DNA of 64,000 nucleotides, from NCBI GenBank assembly GCA_030141605.1, contig JAQGDQ010000035.1, positions 558,001 through 622,000 on the forward strand. The letters run 5' to 3'. Source of the DNA: Tubiluchus corallicola (taxonomy: Eukaryota; Animalia; Priapulida). Below, piece after piece: positions 62,050-64,000 of this stretch. Numbering within the stretch: position 1 is the stretch's first letter; every line of letters begins with the position of its first letter. The notes under the pieces were generated by a model. That model made no database searches. It saw nothing but the letters and a program-made list of their open reading frames with translations, and had not been told where the DNA came from. Made by a program: the position numbers and the translations under genes.

Positions 62050-64000
62050 AATAAAACATAATCACTACTCAAAAACGTGCAAACAGAGAACAAGTGGATG
62101 GTTTCCCTGTGAATAAAGGATGATTAAAACAGTAAACTTCGTAATGACTTAAACTGTTTCGATGAACAAACCTGTGAATTACTGTTTGTTGAAATTACCC
62201 AAGAACATACAAAAAATACCTTAGTTGGAGTATTATACAGACCTCCGGGTGTCAGTATCCCAGTATTCCTTGATGGTTTAGATAATCTTCTCTCTAAAAT
62301 AATTGATGAAAACAAACACAACTTTATCTGCGGCAACTTCAACTTAAACTTGCTTAAAGTGTGACTCGCACAAAGGAACTGAATCTTTTCTCAATTGCCT
62401 ACTTAGTCATTCATTGTATCCCTTAATCACCAAACCAACAAGAATTACTAATTACTCAGCAACTTTAATCGATAATATATTTACAAACTGCAATTTTAAT
62501 CAATAATATATTTACAAACTGTGTGTTAAATGACAACCTAAACTCGGGCATTCTCTACAGTGATATATCTGACCGTTTCCCATTTATTCAGTAACTAGCT
62601 TGAAAGTGACACTTCATTCAAAACTAATAGGTTCAAAATTTAGAATCTTTGATCATAGCAGCATCACAGACTTCAAGTCCAAACTAGCATCCTATGACTG
62701 GTCCCAAATATTTTGCATACAGAACCCTAACTTGGCATTTCAATCCTTCTTTAAAGATTAGTACAATATTTACAATGGTAGCTTTCCACTAGTCACAAAA
62801 ATAATAAAGCCACGGAAGTTAAATAAACCTTGGCTAACAAGCGGGTTGATACACTCAATTAAACATAAAAATAAATTATATAAGCTAAAATTAAAAAACC
62901 CTACTAATCTGAACATTGGCCACTATAAAACATATAGAAATAATCTAATGCCAATACTAAGAAAAGCTGAAAAAGATTATTATGCCATACTATTAAAAGA
63001 AATATGAATAACATGAAAAAAACATGGAAAATTATAAACTTAGCTATTAATAGAAGAGATACTTCTCATATAGAACAGTCACATTTCAAAAAATCACAGC
63101 ATAACCCAATGACATCGAAAGAAATATCTGATGCTTTAATAATTATTTTGTAAATGCAGGATCAACTCTAGCAGACAAAATGCCTTCTACAAATACATCA
63201 TATTTTTCATATTTACCAAATGCAAGTAGGAATTCAAAGCAGTTGCTTCTAATTGACAAAACGGAGCTGCTAAATGTGGCAAATAATTTAAAAAATAAAA
63301 ACAGTACAGGATATGATGATATATCACAAATTCTCCTTAAAAGATCCATCAACTGTACTGCTGAACCTTTACTTATGTTTAAAAAGTCATTTTCAACAGG
63401 TATAGTCCCAGACTCTCTGAAAATAGCTAACGTTAATCCAATTTTAAAAACTGGTGATAAGTCCCAGTTTCAGAATTATAGACCCATTTCAATTCTTCCC
63501 TGTTTTTCCAAGACTCTTGAAAGTTTAATGTATAATGGAGTATTAAGTTTTATTAAAAAAACAACATATTATATAGCAAACAACTAGGCTTAAACAGAAC
63601 CACTCCACTTACATGGCTGTACTTGAACTTCTTGATTTCATATCAAATGCAATTGACAATAATTAATTTACAATTGGTATCTTCATTGATTTATCTAAGG
63701 CCTTTGATACTATTGACCATAAAATACTCTTATATGAATTAAACAACTATGGTGTCAGAGGTCTACTTTTACAGTGGTTTACAAGTTATTTACACAACTG
63801 AAAACACTCTGTACTAACAGATAACACATTTTCTTCTTTGAGGCAAATCAATTATGGTGTCCCGCAAGGCTCAATCTTAGGTCCATTGCTTTTCTTCTCT
63901 ATATTAACGATCTCCATAGTCTCCACTCTGCTAGACTTCATTTTATTTGCCGATGATACTAACATGTTCTATAGTCACTCAAACTATGAATCAATGATAA
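62050..64000 (+). mobile_element. CR1/L2-group LINE ORF2, degenerate, runs off the right edge
   Basis: LVGVLYRPP, ICGNFNLNLL, KPTRIT..SATLIDNIFTN (endonuclease); [44 protein letters not shown] (RT); stops and frameshifts. Confidence 0.93.

Overview
AT-rich, intron-containing animal (invertebrate-like) genomic DNA; most entries in the ORF track are noise. Reading splice sites by hand gives, left to right: (1) first coding exon of vinculin (-); (2) a type I membrane protein gene (-) with signal peptide, 4 LDL-receptor class A repeats, a TM helix and a PSAP/PPxY tail, whose 3' four-exon cassette is tandemly duplicated and carries a recent, circularly permuted 3.2-kb insertion; (3) two tandem P-element-family transposons with 7-bp TSDs and a MITE; (4) intronless GPATCH1 (+); (5) intronless vezatin (-), intronless TIM13 (-) and a 4-exon RNA polymerase I subunit RPA12 gene (-) that the ORF track misses. 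The RPA12 stop lies only 30 nt before the TIM13 ATG in the same exon, and vezatin follows about 500 nt later, with the only canonical AATAAA I saw in that stretch lying after vezatin: a candidate RPA12-TIM13-VEZT polycistronic (operon-like) unit. Introns hold decayed Bel/Pao, CR1/L2-group, hAT and Penelope-like remnants. Gene names come from recognised motifs, not database searches.
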